A DNA stretch of 64,000 bases from Eledone cirrhosa. Lineage: Eukaryota. The stretch lies in contig OZ024741.1 in NCBI GenBank assembly GCA_964016885.1, positions 62,434,001-62,498,000 of the forward strand, read 5' to 3'. Below the pieces are notes generated by a model. That model searched no databases. It was not told where the DNA came from and saw nothing but the letters and a program-made list of their open reading frames with translations. Shown here piece after piece: positions 11,818-25,487 of this stretch (position 1 is its first letter; each line of letters starts with the position of its first letter). The position numbers and the translations under genes are program-made.

Positions 11818-14315
11818 GAAAGAGATTTAAGAGAGGAAGATGCGACCTCGACTTCACCTCTTCCCACCCCACCCACACTAAACACTCCATTCCCTACTCC
11901 CAACTCCTCAGGATCCGCCGCCTCTGTAGCCGAGATGCTGACTTCGAGTCCCAGGCCCTTTCCCTAGTCAGCCATTTCATCCGCAGAGGTTAACCACCTC
12001 TCTCGTCCACACCGCTCTCACCCGCGCCCATGCTATCCACCGCTCCACCAGCCTAACCTCACGCCACCGCATACCCACCCACCGTCTCCCCTTCCCCATC
12101 ACCTACCACCCCTCCACCTTACCCCTCAACCGCACCATCCGCCGCCTCTTCCGACGCCTCCAGTCCGACCCCTCCACCTCCCACATCTTCCCAACCCCAC
12201 CACTCCCCTCCTTCAAACGCACACGCAATCTCCGCACCCACCTCGTCCACAGCTCCCTCCCCCTCAACCCACGCTCCCCCCCGTTCCTTTCCTTGTTCTA
12301 GGCCCCGCTGCAACACCTGTCCCTACATCACCAACACCACCACCTTCCAGGGTCCAAACGGCCACTCTCTCTCTGTCCGGCATGCCTTCCGCTGCACCTC
12401 CTCCAACCTAGTCTACGGACTTCGCTGCACGGAGTGCAGCGCGACTTATGTCGGACAGACGGGACGTCGCCTGGCGGACCGATTCACTGAGCACCTCCGG
12501 GATATTCGTCTCGGTGGTAGTTCCCCCATCGCCCGCCACTTTGGTGGCCCTGGACATTCCGCCCGCCATCTCACAGTCTGTGGCCTACTCCAATGCCACG
12601 GAACACCCGCCAATCGCCTTAGAGTCGAACAAAGAACCATCTTCATCTTACAGACCCACACTCCCCCCGGCCTGAATTCCCCACCCTTATTCCTTTAGCC
12701 TTCAACCGCCCCCCTCCCCCCACACTTATCCCCCACTAACACCACTAACACACCCCTCCTTTTCACCGCCCCCCCCCATAACTAACAATACCAACACCTC
12801 CACTCCACCCCTCATCCGACCACCCTTCCCCAACTAACATACTAACATCCCTCCCTTCTCCTCCCCCTCCTTATCACACGCACACACCCACCGGCACATA
12901 TATACACGCGCTCACACTAAACACACACCCTACTACCACCACTAACCTTCACCCCCACACCTCCATCCCACCACCCCCGCAACTAACCTCACTAACACCC
13001 CCTGACCCCAAGCACACGAACACACGCACCCACTTACACCACCCACCCCACACGCAAATAACATCACTAACACCCCCCCCCAACCCGCACACGTACCCAC
13101 ACACCCTCGTACACCACCAACTCTACACACCCTACCACCACTAACCCCCACTCACACCTGCATTCAACCCTCTCCCCACCTCCCGTATACTAACACCCAC
13201 TAACACCCCCTTCATCGAACTACACACACACCAGTACACCACACTCCCTCCATAGAACTACACACACCCTTCTCACCCCGCTCCACCCACACCCTTTCAC
13301 CACACTCACTCATCCCACTAACACCTCTACTAATACACACACACACCCTCCTCACTCCAACTTTCACACCTACCCATCCTCGCCCCTTTACCATTCCACC
13401 CGACTGCTGCTATGCCCTCTGACCACCTCCCAGCACAAACAGACACACAGCACTCCCACCGCCTTGACCACTTCCTGTTGCGCGCGCACCCCACATCTCT
13501 CCTCTTCCGACCATCTCTTCATGGAATACTCGAATGTGGAACTTGACCACCGTGGAATCTACTAAAATCATAGGAGTTTACCAACATTTCAACCTCATCC
13601 TCTTACGGAATCACCTATATAACTCACCCACATACACACCCCAAACATTTTTTTTCTCCCATACGCCACCTACACCCACAACACGCTTAAACCCCACACA
13701 CACGTGCTTTCCACCACATATTTACACCCTCAGCCTCCGGATTCCTCACCCCCCCCCCCCACTCCTCTATCCACACACGCACAGACACTCCGACCTACAC
13801 CCCACCCTACACACACCTCCTCCTGAACATGCAACCCCGTTCTTCCCCCAAACCTTGCTTTCACATACACACACACACACACGTACACCTACACACACAC
13901 ACACCACCTTCAGCCCTCCCCGCTCGGACACCCCGTCTCCCTCTCCCCACTCCACCCGCCACCACCCCTACACACCCCACACCCTTCCACCACCTGTTTT
14001 ACCCCTTTTTAATTTCAGTTTATTTTGATCATGCTTTTATATTTATTTTTATTTCATTTCATTTTATTTTGATCATGCTTTATTTTTATTTTTATTTTTA
14101 ATTTCATTCGCACCGTTTCCTCCCACCCCCTTTTCACTATATGTCTCTCCACCACTCCCCTACACACCCTTTGAACTCTGTTCCCACACACTTCTCACAT
14201 GAGAAAGGGCTTATGCCCGAAACATCGTTCCCCACCACCACCCCACTCTCCAGAGCGTGAAATTAATAAACATTCGTTGTACTGCCTCTCTGTTTTGTTC
14301 CTGTTCAAATTTTCC

Positions 14316-14318
<3 letters not shown>
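11818..14318 (+). mobile_element. Neptune-type Penelope-like element with long C/A-rich 3' region
   Basis: Bounded by (TA)n; decayed HHR (GGGC-TTAT-GCCC-GAAACATCG) at ~14198-14232; AATAAA at ~14265. Confidence 0.75.
11848..12698 (+). pseudogene. Neptune-type PLE RT-thumb plus GIY-YIG endonuclease, 5'-truncated, with stop and frameshifts
   Basis: Manual translation: DFTSSHPTHTKHSIPYSQLLRIRRLCS...RRG*P; LPFPITYHP; FKRTRNLRTHLVHS; FPCSRPRCNTCPYI...CTSSNLVYGLRCTECSATYVGQTGRRLADRFTEHLRDI...IARHF...EQRTIFILQTHTPPGLN. Confidence 0.92.
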
Positions 14319-14351
<33 letters not shown>

Positions 14352-14937
14352 ATATTCACACACACACACATATATGTGATGGCTGCAAACTTTGCTAAGA
14401 GTATTGCAATCGCTTGTAACAGATCCTGAGCAAACAATGCTTGTACTTTGAAGGTTTTTTGAAGGCCTTGCACTCGACCAATCCCACTCTCTGAGCATCG
14501 AAAACATTACCCAAAAAGGAGAACTTGTCAACGTCATCGGATGTTTCCGAAGCCGTAGGTTTTTTTGTTGTTCTTTTTTCAAAGTTTCCCTCTCCTAGAA
14601 AGGTGTTGTGACAATAACTATGGGCCTTTCACTCCCAGGTGAAAAAACAAAATGTACTATTTGGATGACCGTTGAGTCTGTTGAGTTCCTCTGCCATTTG
14701 CCGGGTCTTGTATTTCATCCCGCAGCCTGTCCAAATATCACTCTCCTCACCAAGCAAGATTGGTGGGATTGCCGGTTTAGTCGCCGACAACCTGACCATG
14801 AGACAAGTAGTACTGGCTTACATGTTACCAGTAGCACTCGGGAGCGACCTGACATGTATATATATATATATATTCATGTATATATGATATATATATGTAT
14901 ATATATTTATATGATATATTCATATATATATATATAC

Positions 14938-15643
14938 AAAATTAAGATAAATCAAATGAATTTAATCCAAATCAAAATTATGGGTGTTATGTCAGAAAGA
15001 CATGCGCCATATCACCCGCAAAATAAGCTCTAGGATTCTAACGAGTAGGTCCGAGCATTTTATAATAACTAGAAATTGATTAAAAAAAAATACACATGAA
15101 TAATCACAGGAGATAATTTTTACAAGTGTGTAACCACACATAGCTAGGTAGGTAACTACATAAAGTTGACCAGAACTTCAAAAATAGATACCTTATAACA
15201 TGATTAATCTTCCCTGTATATATTCGATTAAAGAAATATATTTCACCAACTAATCGGATGGTAAACCACGGAAGTGGATACTTGGATTTCAACAAGGAAG
15301 AAGTTCCAGCGATCCGTGTTTACACTTCAAGTTCAAATCAGCGACTGGCCAGTAGCACGTGCTATATCTACTAGAAATACACACATCACACTAGCTTCGT
15401 CCCAGTGGCGTGAATAGGGTTATCGACAACTAGAAACAGCAGTCGAGTCCTTTCAACAGAGTTAGCTCGACAATTAAGGAGCCGTATTTATAATATATAT
15501 ATATCCAAAATTAAGATAAATCAAATGAATTTAATCCAAATCAAAATTATGGGTGTCATGCCAGAAAGACATGCGCCATATCACCCGCCAAATATTATCT
15601 CCTGTGATTATTCATGTTTATTTATATGTTAATCAATTTCTAG
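14938..15643. mobile_element. Unclassified (TA)n-associated repeat with direct and inverted partial copies
   Basis: 14938-15020 is repeated at 15508-15589; 15594-15643 is an inverted copy of ~15068-15117. Confidence 0.6.
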
Positions 15644-15660
15644 TCGGGGTCTAACATTTT

Positions 15661-15720
<60 letters not shown>

Positions 15721-15777
15721 AAAATGTTAGACCCCGACGGCAGAGCTCAAGCTCTGCCGTCGGGGTCTAACATTTTC
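15643..15777. repeat. Double fold-back (three alternating copies of a ~19-bp motif)
   Basis: GTCGGGGTCTAACATTTTCC-(TA)n-GGAAAATGTTAGACCCCGACGGCAGAGC-TCAA-GCTCTGCCGTCGGGGTCTAACATTTTC. Confidence 0.95.
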
Positions 15778-15854
15778 TTATTACCCAGTCTACTACCCTA
15801 AGTATTGAGCACACTGGTGCGTTATGGTCCATCTGGTTCACCACACCTCCTTCG

Positions 15855-15911
<57 letters not shown>

Positions 15912-15914
<3 letters not shown>

Positions 15915-18900
15915 CACTCTGTATAGCTCTACACATCATCACAGAAGTGAACCTAAACATCGAGTGCTCACCCGGGTGAACCTGCAGTAACTCCTTGTTA
16001 CACCCACTGGATATTTAGCTCCTTTATTTGTCGAGCCCTTACACGGAACACCATGGAATTGTTCTACAACACTTCCTCCCTAAAGGACATTCCTTTACCT
16101 TCGGAAGATGTCTACATGGACCTATTACTAAAGCAGACAAACAATTTCATCAGGAGGATCCGTTGGAGGGCCTACCACTACAACAACAGGAGGGCCCCTG
16201 GATCAATTGACAATCCCACCAACCACATAAAAAGACTTTTCAAATCAACCAAAAACCCACCGCACAACCCACTCCTTGAGCAATTTAACAGCAGGATTAT
16301 TACCATGATCCGGACAATTAGATTCAGGAAGTGCATTCCTGTCCGGGCTCGCCCCTACCTTTAAAAAGATCAAGAATAGCACTGGAATTATTGTACCAGC
16401 AGATAAAACTGGAAACCTATATAATTTAGAGTACAAAACATACAACAAATGCATTACAAACGAAATCTCTAAAATATACAAAACATCAACACGAGAAAAC
16501 CTAGCACACATAAATAAACAGGCGAAATCAATAATGACCGAACTGAGTATTGACGACAGGACCTTTCCTTACAACCCTAGGACACCGAGAATATCCATTA
16601 AAGACCATAAACCGACTTCCAGTCAAAACTACCGGTCAGGCTCATAGCCCCTTCCAAATCGGACCTTGGTAGACTTAGCAAATCAATCATTGACCGAATC
16701 TTACCTGAACTTAAGATTAGAACTAAACTCAGCCTATGGTCTTGTACAAAGAAGGTAATAGACTGGTTTTGTGCCATTGAAACTAAGTCGAATGTTCGAT
16801 TAGTCCAATTGGACATTACGAACTACTACGCATCTATATCCCCAATCATCCTTAACAAGGCACTGATCTCAGCCATGAACAGATCAAGCCTCACTAGAAG
16901 AGAAGTAGACATAATAATAACAGCTAGGAAAACTTTACTAGAATTCGACGGAAGACTTTGGGAACGACAGAATAGACCAGATAGCTTCGACATCACCATG
17001 GGATCGACTGACTCGGCACAGGTTACAGATGTAGTAGGCATATACCTCCTAAACATATTAACGGCCGAGATCCCCCTCCTTGGGCGGTGGCTTATACCGG
17101 GATGATGCCTACTAATGGCCCGTGGACTTAATAACAGCCAACTGAATAGAATACACAAACGACTTAGGTACATCTTTAAGACCCAAGGTTTAGTAGTAGA
17201 AATTGAACCTAACAATAGGACAGTTAACTTCTTAGACGTCACCCTAGAATTAGACTCGGGCCTCTACCGCCCATACCACAAACCTAATGAAAATCTTAGA
17301 TACGTCAATAGACACTCCAACCACCCTAAGAGCATAATTAACTCTATAATTAAAAGCGTCTCCAACAGAGTGTCCACACTGTCGGCTAACGAAAACATCT
17401 TCAAGCAGCACGCGGAATACTATGACTCCGCACTTATAAACGCTGGTTATACTGAGAGGATTTCTTACATCGACCCAAATAGAACCGTAACACAGCTAAA
17501 CATAGCAGAACCCTTAGAAACGAACTTAGAAGAAACCTCCACACATAGAACACACAATAACCTTAGACACCCCCTAGCCGGCAGCACAGACAGCACCACA
17601 CATAATTGTCTAGGAGATAAAGCCATACTCTCCAGCCCCAATAACAACTTCGACTATCGCACACGTTTGCGTACCAATAGAGACAAGGGACATAACACCA
17701 ATAGATTACCTGGAACCCATTTGAAACATACGCCTGACCAAAACACACACAAACTACCACCCAACCACAAAAACCTCACTAAACAACGCATAAACCGAAG
17801 TAGACCTGTCACGTGGTATACCCCCCCCCCCCCTCCTATTCTATACACGTCGCCACTAACATACCGGGAACCTTTTTCAGGGCTCTCGAACAATCTTTTC
17901 CACACACACACAAATACCACAAGCTCTTCAATAAACACACCGTAAAATTCTCTTTCTCCACACCACCAAACCTAGGCCACACAATAGCACACAATAATAG
18001 GGCAAAAATACAAAAACACATGGTTTCCCTTCAACAAACCACCACCACAACCCAGAACGAAACCACACACACAACACAACACAACAACACACACACACCA
18101 CCAACACCGCACGACACCAACCGCCATCGTGCCACCGCACCGGTTACACCCAAATGCAACTGCAAAAAACGAGAGGAATGCCCACTAAACGGGGAGTGCC
18201 TCGTTAAGAATATTGTTTACCGGTGTGATGTCACAGCCGGCAATAAGGAGTACTCATATATAGGTGCGACATCCACAACGTTTAAGGAGCGCTGGTATAA
18301 CCACAGACGCTCCTTCAAGCATAGATCGAAACGACCCCAAACAAAACTGGCCGACCTGATCTGGGACCTCAAGGACAAGAACATTGAACCCCAGATTTCG
18401 TGGTCAGTAAAAAGACGCGTGGCATACATCCCCAGTGACAGAAACCACTGCAGATTATGCCTAGCCGAGGCGGCGGAAATAATTAAACTTGATTGCGCCA
18501 TAAACTATAGGTCGGACATAATTGTCAATTGCAGACACACTAGGATGCACACCTTTTCTGCACAAACTTTCGCTGGAGCACTAAGCACTAACCATGACCC
18601 ACCATAATAATAACCACATCTGCCCCGTATTACCATCGCCCATCTCAACGAACTTTAATTCTAATCTAACTTCAATTTATCTTATTTCATTGCATTGCAT
18701 TTAACCATATGTAAGCCCGTATTTTGTATATCATGCCGCATACATAACCCACACCAAAAATCACACTAACCACGACACACCATATTAATAACCACATATA
18801 CCCCGTCTCAACATCGCCCACCTCAATGAACTTATTGTATTGTACTCCATGTAAGAATTTCTAAGCCCGCATGTGTATATCATGTCGCACGCATCACCAT

Positions 18901-20925
18901 CACCACCACCAAAATCCACATCAACATACACACCTCATCGTTGCAACATCGTATTAGATCGGTATCCTATGATACGTTCTACCTTGCAATCCACAATGAC
19001 AAGGGACCTTGTAAATACAATGTCGATCATATCACACCATCACCACTACCACCACACCACACATCGTCATATGTCTACCATACACGCCTACAACCTCATC
19101 CCCCATGTTCCCTCTGTCTACCCTAACCTACAACCCCACGCTAAATTCGACCCTGTAATTGTACTGTCGCACGCACACACAACCACAGCCACCACTAGAT
19201 ACATCCAAATACCTTAACAATCATTATCATTAACATCATCAACACATATCACCCCTCGCTCCTAGATCGACTGTATTATAGACCCCCCACCCCCCGTCTG
19301 CCATACCCTATAACACACCGTAACCTCTGCTCATGTAATCATCTTGTCGAACACATCACCCCAGCACCACCACCATCACCATGTCCACAACCCACATCGC
19401 CGTACGTCCATAAACACCTTCTAACCGGTATTTGATCCTGTATATATATTTTGTCCCTCACAACTCCACCACCACCACCACAAAACACAACTCCATACTT
19501 CACCAACACCAACAACGCACACCCCCACTCCCCAACCAACAATAGCGTGTGTGTCGGTGTATAAGTATTCTTACACATACGGACGTATGGGTGTACGTGC
19601 GTGTACGCATAGTTTTGTATGTGTGTGTGTGTGTATGTGAGCGCAGGTGTATACATGTGTGTATGTGTGGGTACGTATCTGTATACATATATATGTGTAT
19701 GTGTATGCGTATGTGTATGTGTGTGTGTCTATACATATGTGTATGTATGTATGTATATGTGCACGTCTACATATAGGTATATGGGTGAATCTGACTATAT
19801 GTGTGGGTGAGCTCATGTGCGTACATGTATGTGTATATGTGCGTGTATATCAGTGTGTTGTATGTACATGAGTGTGTGTGTGTATATATCTATGTATATA
19901 TATATATATATGTGTGTATATATATATATGTGTATATATATGTATGTGTGTGTATATATATATGTGTGTATATATGTGCGAGAGTATACGTGTGTGTGAG
20001 TGAGTGTGTGTATATTTTGTATACGTGAGTGTGAGCCCAGGTGCCCATACCCATATGTATGTAGGGGCATATGTATGTGTACGTATGTATGTAAAACACC
20101 TTCTACATTGCTTGTCACCTTCCCCCATCTCCGTCGTCCGCCACCCCCAATGATACCCCCCCCTCTCCATATTCGTGTCCGCACGCGCACACGCACATAC
20201 ATATGTGTACATATACATATGGCCGCGTGTGACCGTGTGTCAATATGTGCGGGCAGGGATATACGTATGTGTTATGTGGTGGGTGTGTTTATACAACAAT
20301 ATGTGTGCACATATATACCTATATGTGTGTGCCTATACGTATATACAAAGCATCTGCCGGACGATGACAGACTAGCTATGTATCTGGGTAATGACCTTGA
20401 CGTCACCAATACATCCGCCACACCACCACAAACGCCACTACCATAGACAGCGGCACCAATACCACACCCCCACACACACGCCACCCGTCTACTGACAACC
20501 CACTAACATCATACCGCAGCCCATCCCACTAAGCAACCATAACCACCACCATATCGTGACATCCACACCCCCACATACTCTACACGTCAAGGCCAATCAA
20601 CCACCACCACACCACAGCCCATCTCATCCACCCATCGTCACCAACATCTCACCATCACACCCACCCCCATATACACTACAGGCCAGTACATTGACCCTTC
20701 CCACCAATCAAAACAACTCATTTTGTCAAACTCTTGAATATCTGACTTTATCACATAGCATGTATTTCATTTTCTTATAGCATTTCAGGAAGGTCCGTCG
20801 AGCTGCGAATTATTGAGTCGGGTAAGATCGATATAGATCGAACCTTGAGCTGATCAGTGACGAAACGCGCGTCACCTATCAATAAATGCAATGAAGGAAT
20901 AATCAATCGTCCTTTTTATCCTTTC
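15912..20925 (+). mobile_element. Near full-length Penelope-like element
   Basis: (TA)n at both ends; ~2.3 kb 3' region ending in GACGAAACGCGCGTC and AATAAA (20881); exact ends inferred. Confidence 0.7.
16053..18607 (+). pseudogene. PLE RT plus C-terminal GIY-YIG ORF, frameshifted (probably Hydra clade)
   Basis: SLKDIPLP...RRIRWRA; ADKT; DITNYYASI; FDITMGSTDSAQVTDVVG; GGGLYRDDA at ~17085; FLDV; CNCKKREECPLNGEC; NIVY...YIG; CRLCL; CRH. Confidence 0.93.
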
Positions 20926-20939
20926 TATATATATATATC

Positions 20940-22050
<1,111 letters not shown>

Positions 22051-22095
22051 TATATATATATTCTTTGCTTAAACTTTAATCTATTATTTTAATAG

Positions 22096-22126
<31 letters not shown>

Positions 22127-22132
22127 TGTCTG

Positions 22133-22180
<48 letters not shown>

Positions 22181-22544
22181 CTCATTTATATTTATATATA
22201 TATATATATATATACCTCTCATTTATATATATATATATATACCTCTCATTTATATTTATACTCGGATTCTTTTCCTAGAGTGCTTAAACTATCTGTGACT
22301 AATCCCGGTTTTTTTCATAAAAACTGTGATAATATTGCTATTTTGCTGAACTCCTTTGTAGAGTTTTTTTCAGAATGTATCTGACTGCTATTTCTTGTAA
22401 ATAAACATTCACTTCCATCCTGACGTCACTAGCCCCGTTTTTCCCTCATGTGCTTTTTCATAAATACACATGAAGGCGAACTAGCCAGTTTTAGAATTCC
22501 CTTTTTCGGAATATATTACTGTGAGAGCCCTGGTTTTCTGTTGA

Positions 22545-22626
22545 GCTCTGCTGATGATTGAAATTCCAACCGTGACCATCTCCACTGAAAGTTTTCATGA
22601 AATAGTCTTTTAAGTCTATACAGAGC
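22545..22626 (+). ncRNA. Type I hammerhead ribozyme motif (copy 1)
   Basis: GCTCTG-CTGATGA-T-TGAAA...TTTCA-T-GAAA-TAGTCTTTTAAGTCTA-TA-CAGAGC. Confidence 0.8.
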
Positions 22627-23173
22627 ATTTGATGTTATTCCAAATTGAAGGATAAGTGTTTCAAACTTTATTTTATCATGAGTTAAAGGTCTATAGATTT
22701 TTCCCTGGATTTTACTAAATTCTGTGGATGAATTTATATCCTGATTCTCTTTTGAGATGAGTTTGAGTTATTTTTCCTAAATCTTTCGTTAACTACTTTT
22801 CCCATCTTGACGTTATAGTCGCATATATGTTATAGAATGCCGTTAGCTTCTTGCTAAAACAATCTCTATACCTCTCATTTATATTTATACTCGGATTCTT
22901 TTCCTAGAGTGCTTAAACTATCTGTGACTAATCCCGGTTTTTTTCATAAAAACTGTGATAATATTGCTATTTTGCTGAACTCCTTTGTAGAGTTTTTTTC
23001 AGAATGTATCTGACTGCTATTTCTTGTAAATAAACATTCACTTCCATCCTGACGTCACTAGCCCCGTTTTTTCCTCATGTGCTTTTTCATAAATACACAT
23101 GAAGGCGAACTAGCCAGTTTTAGAATTCCCTTTTTCGGATTATATTACTGTGAGAGCCCTGGTTTTCTGTTGA

Positions 23174-23255
23174 GCTCTGCTGATGATTGAAATTCCAACC
23201 GTGACCATCTCCACTGAAAGTTTTCATGAAATAGTCTTTTAAGACTATACAGAGC
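23174..23255 (+). ncRNA. Type I hammerhead ribozyme motif (copy 2, perfect stem III)
   Basis: As copy 1, but stem III is ATAGTCTT-TT-AAGACTAT. Confidence 0.85.
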
Positions 23256-23504
23256 ATTTGATGTCATTCCAAATTGAAGGATAAGTGTTTCAAACTTTAT
23301 TTTATCATGAGTTAAAGGTCTATAGATTTTCCCTGGATTTTACTAAATTCTGTGGATGAATTTATATCCTGATTCTCTTTTGAGATGAGTTTGAGTTATT
23401 TTTCCTAAATCTTTCGTTAACTACTTTTCCCATCTTGACGTTATAGTCGCATATATGTTATAGAATGCCGTTAGCTTCTTGCTAAAACAATCTCTATACC
23501 TCTC

Positions 23505-23583
<79 letters not shown>

Positions 23584-23590
<7 letters not shown>

Positions 23591-23934
23591 GTGAGGTTTT
23601 TTTTACAAAATGAAAAATAACCGAGGTGTCCTACACGAGTGGAAGTATAAAGAAAAAGGGATGAAATCGAAAATGCAACTGAAGTCTTATTTTTTTAAAA
23701 ATATATATATTTATTTGGTTCCTTTACCGGTTTCGCAGTTCTTCTGCTTTTCAAAAGGTGAGTTGAGATGGAGGGTCTGTGGTTTTTCTCACATGTGAGA
23801 AAAACCACAGACCTTCCATCTCAACTCACCTTTTGAAAAGCAGAAGAACTGCGAAACCGGTAAAGGAACCAAATAAATATATATATTTTTAAAAAAATAA
23901 GACTTCAGTTGCATTTTCGATTTCATCCCTTTTT

Positions 23935-23941
<7 letters not shown>
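23584..23941. mobile_element. Family B element as near-perfect palindrome with two U3-A8 HHRs (23721-23758 -, 23829-23866 +)
   Basis: Arms 23646-23793 and 23794-23941 centred on CACATGTG; CCTT-TTGAAAA-GCAG(AAGAA)CTGC-GAAA-CCGG-TA-AAGG. Confidence 0.85.
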
Positions 23942-24023
<82 letters not shown>

Positions 24024-24280
24024 ATTATTTACTTATGTACGTTTATACACATATATATGAGTGTGTTTGTGTATACATGTATATGTGTGTGTTTGTGTAT
24101 ACATGTATATGTGTGTGTTTGTGTATACATGTATATGAGTGTGATAGAGAGAGATAAAGAGAAAGTGGTGAGGGCGTCCATAGTGTAAGTGTGTAATTGT
24201 GTAATTAGTTTTACATAGTGTACCTAGGCTGCTCAATAAGCAGGTGAGTGGACACCTTACCAGGCAGGTGGCGAATCTGA

Positions 24281-25454
24281 ATACATACACACATACATAC
24301 ACACATACATACACACATACATACATACACACACACATACATATATACACACATACATATATACATACACACATACATACACATACATACACACATACAT
24401 ACACACATACATACATGCACACACATACAAACATACACACACACACATACATACATACATACATACATATATACATACATACATACATACACACATCCAT
24501 ACATACATGCATACATACACACATACATACACACATACATACATATACACATACATACATACACATACATACATACAGACACACATACATACATAGACAC
24601 ATACAAACATACATAGACACACACATATATACATACACACACATACATACATACACACACATGCATACACACATACATACATATACACATACATACATAC
24701 ATACACACACATACATACATACACACATACATACATACACATACATACATACACACACACATACATACTTACATACATGCATACACACATACATACATAC
24801 ACACACACATACATACATACATACACACATACATACATACACACACATACATACATACACACATACATACATACACATACATACATACACATACACACAC
24901 ATACATACATACACACGCACATACAAACATACATACATATACACAGACATACATACATACACACACATACATACATAGACCCACATACAAACATACATAC
25001 ACACACACATACATACATACACACACACATATACATACACACATACATACACATACATACACACATACATACACACATACATACATACACACATACAAAC
25101 ATACACACACACACATACATACATACATACATACATACACACACATCCATACATACATACATACATACACACATACATACACACATACATACATATACAC
25201 ATACATACATACAAATAGATACATACACACACACATACATACATAGACACATACAAACATACATACACACACACATATATACATACATACACACACACAT
25301 ACATACATACATACACACACATACATACACACATACATACATATACACATACACACATACATACATACATACACACACATACATACATACACACATATAT
25401 ACATACACATACATACACACACACATACATACATACATACATACATGCATACAT

Positions 25455-25487
<33 letters not shown>

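Larger units (their letters stand above)
22241..23510 (+). mobile_element. Head-to-tail dimer of a ~629-bp HHR-containing unit (retrozyme-like)
   Basis: 22241-22869 ~ 22870-23497, plus the start of a third unit; flanked by (TA)n; no ORF. Confidence 0.9.

Noticed and set aside
14198-14232. HHR at the Neptune 3' end
   Set aside because: Stem II and GAAAC are present, but the core reads ATGAGAA and stem I does not pair; counted only as a decayed remnant.
16053-18607. Selenoprotein-encoding Naiad-type PLE
   Set aside because: The endonuclease is C-terminal, not N-terminal, and no in-frame TGA at cysteine positions was seen.
20780-20880. Possible HHR at the PLE 3' end (GACGAAACGCGCGTC)
   Set aside because: The 3' half is typical, but no CUGANGA with a matching stem I could be placed (CTGATCA gives a C3-C8 mismatch).
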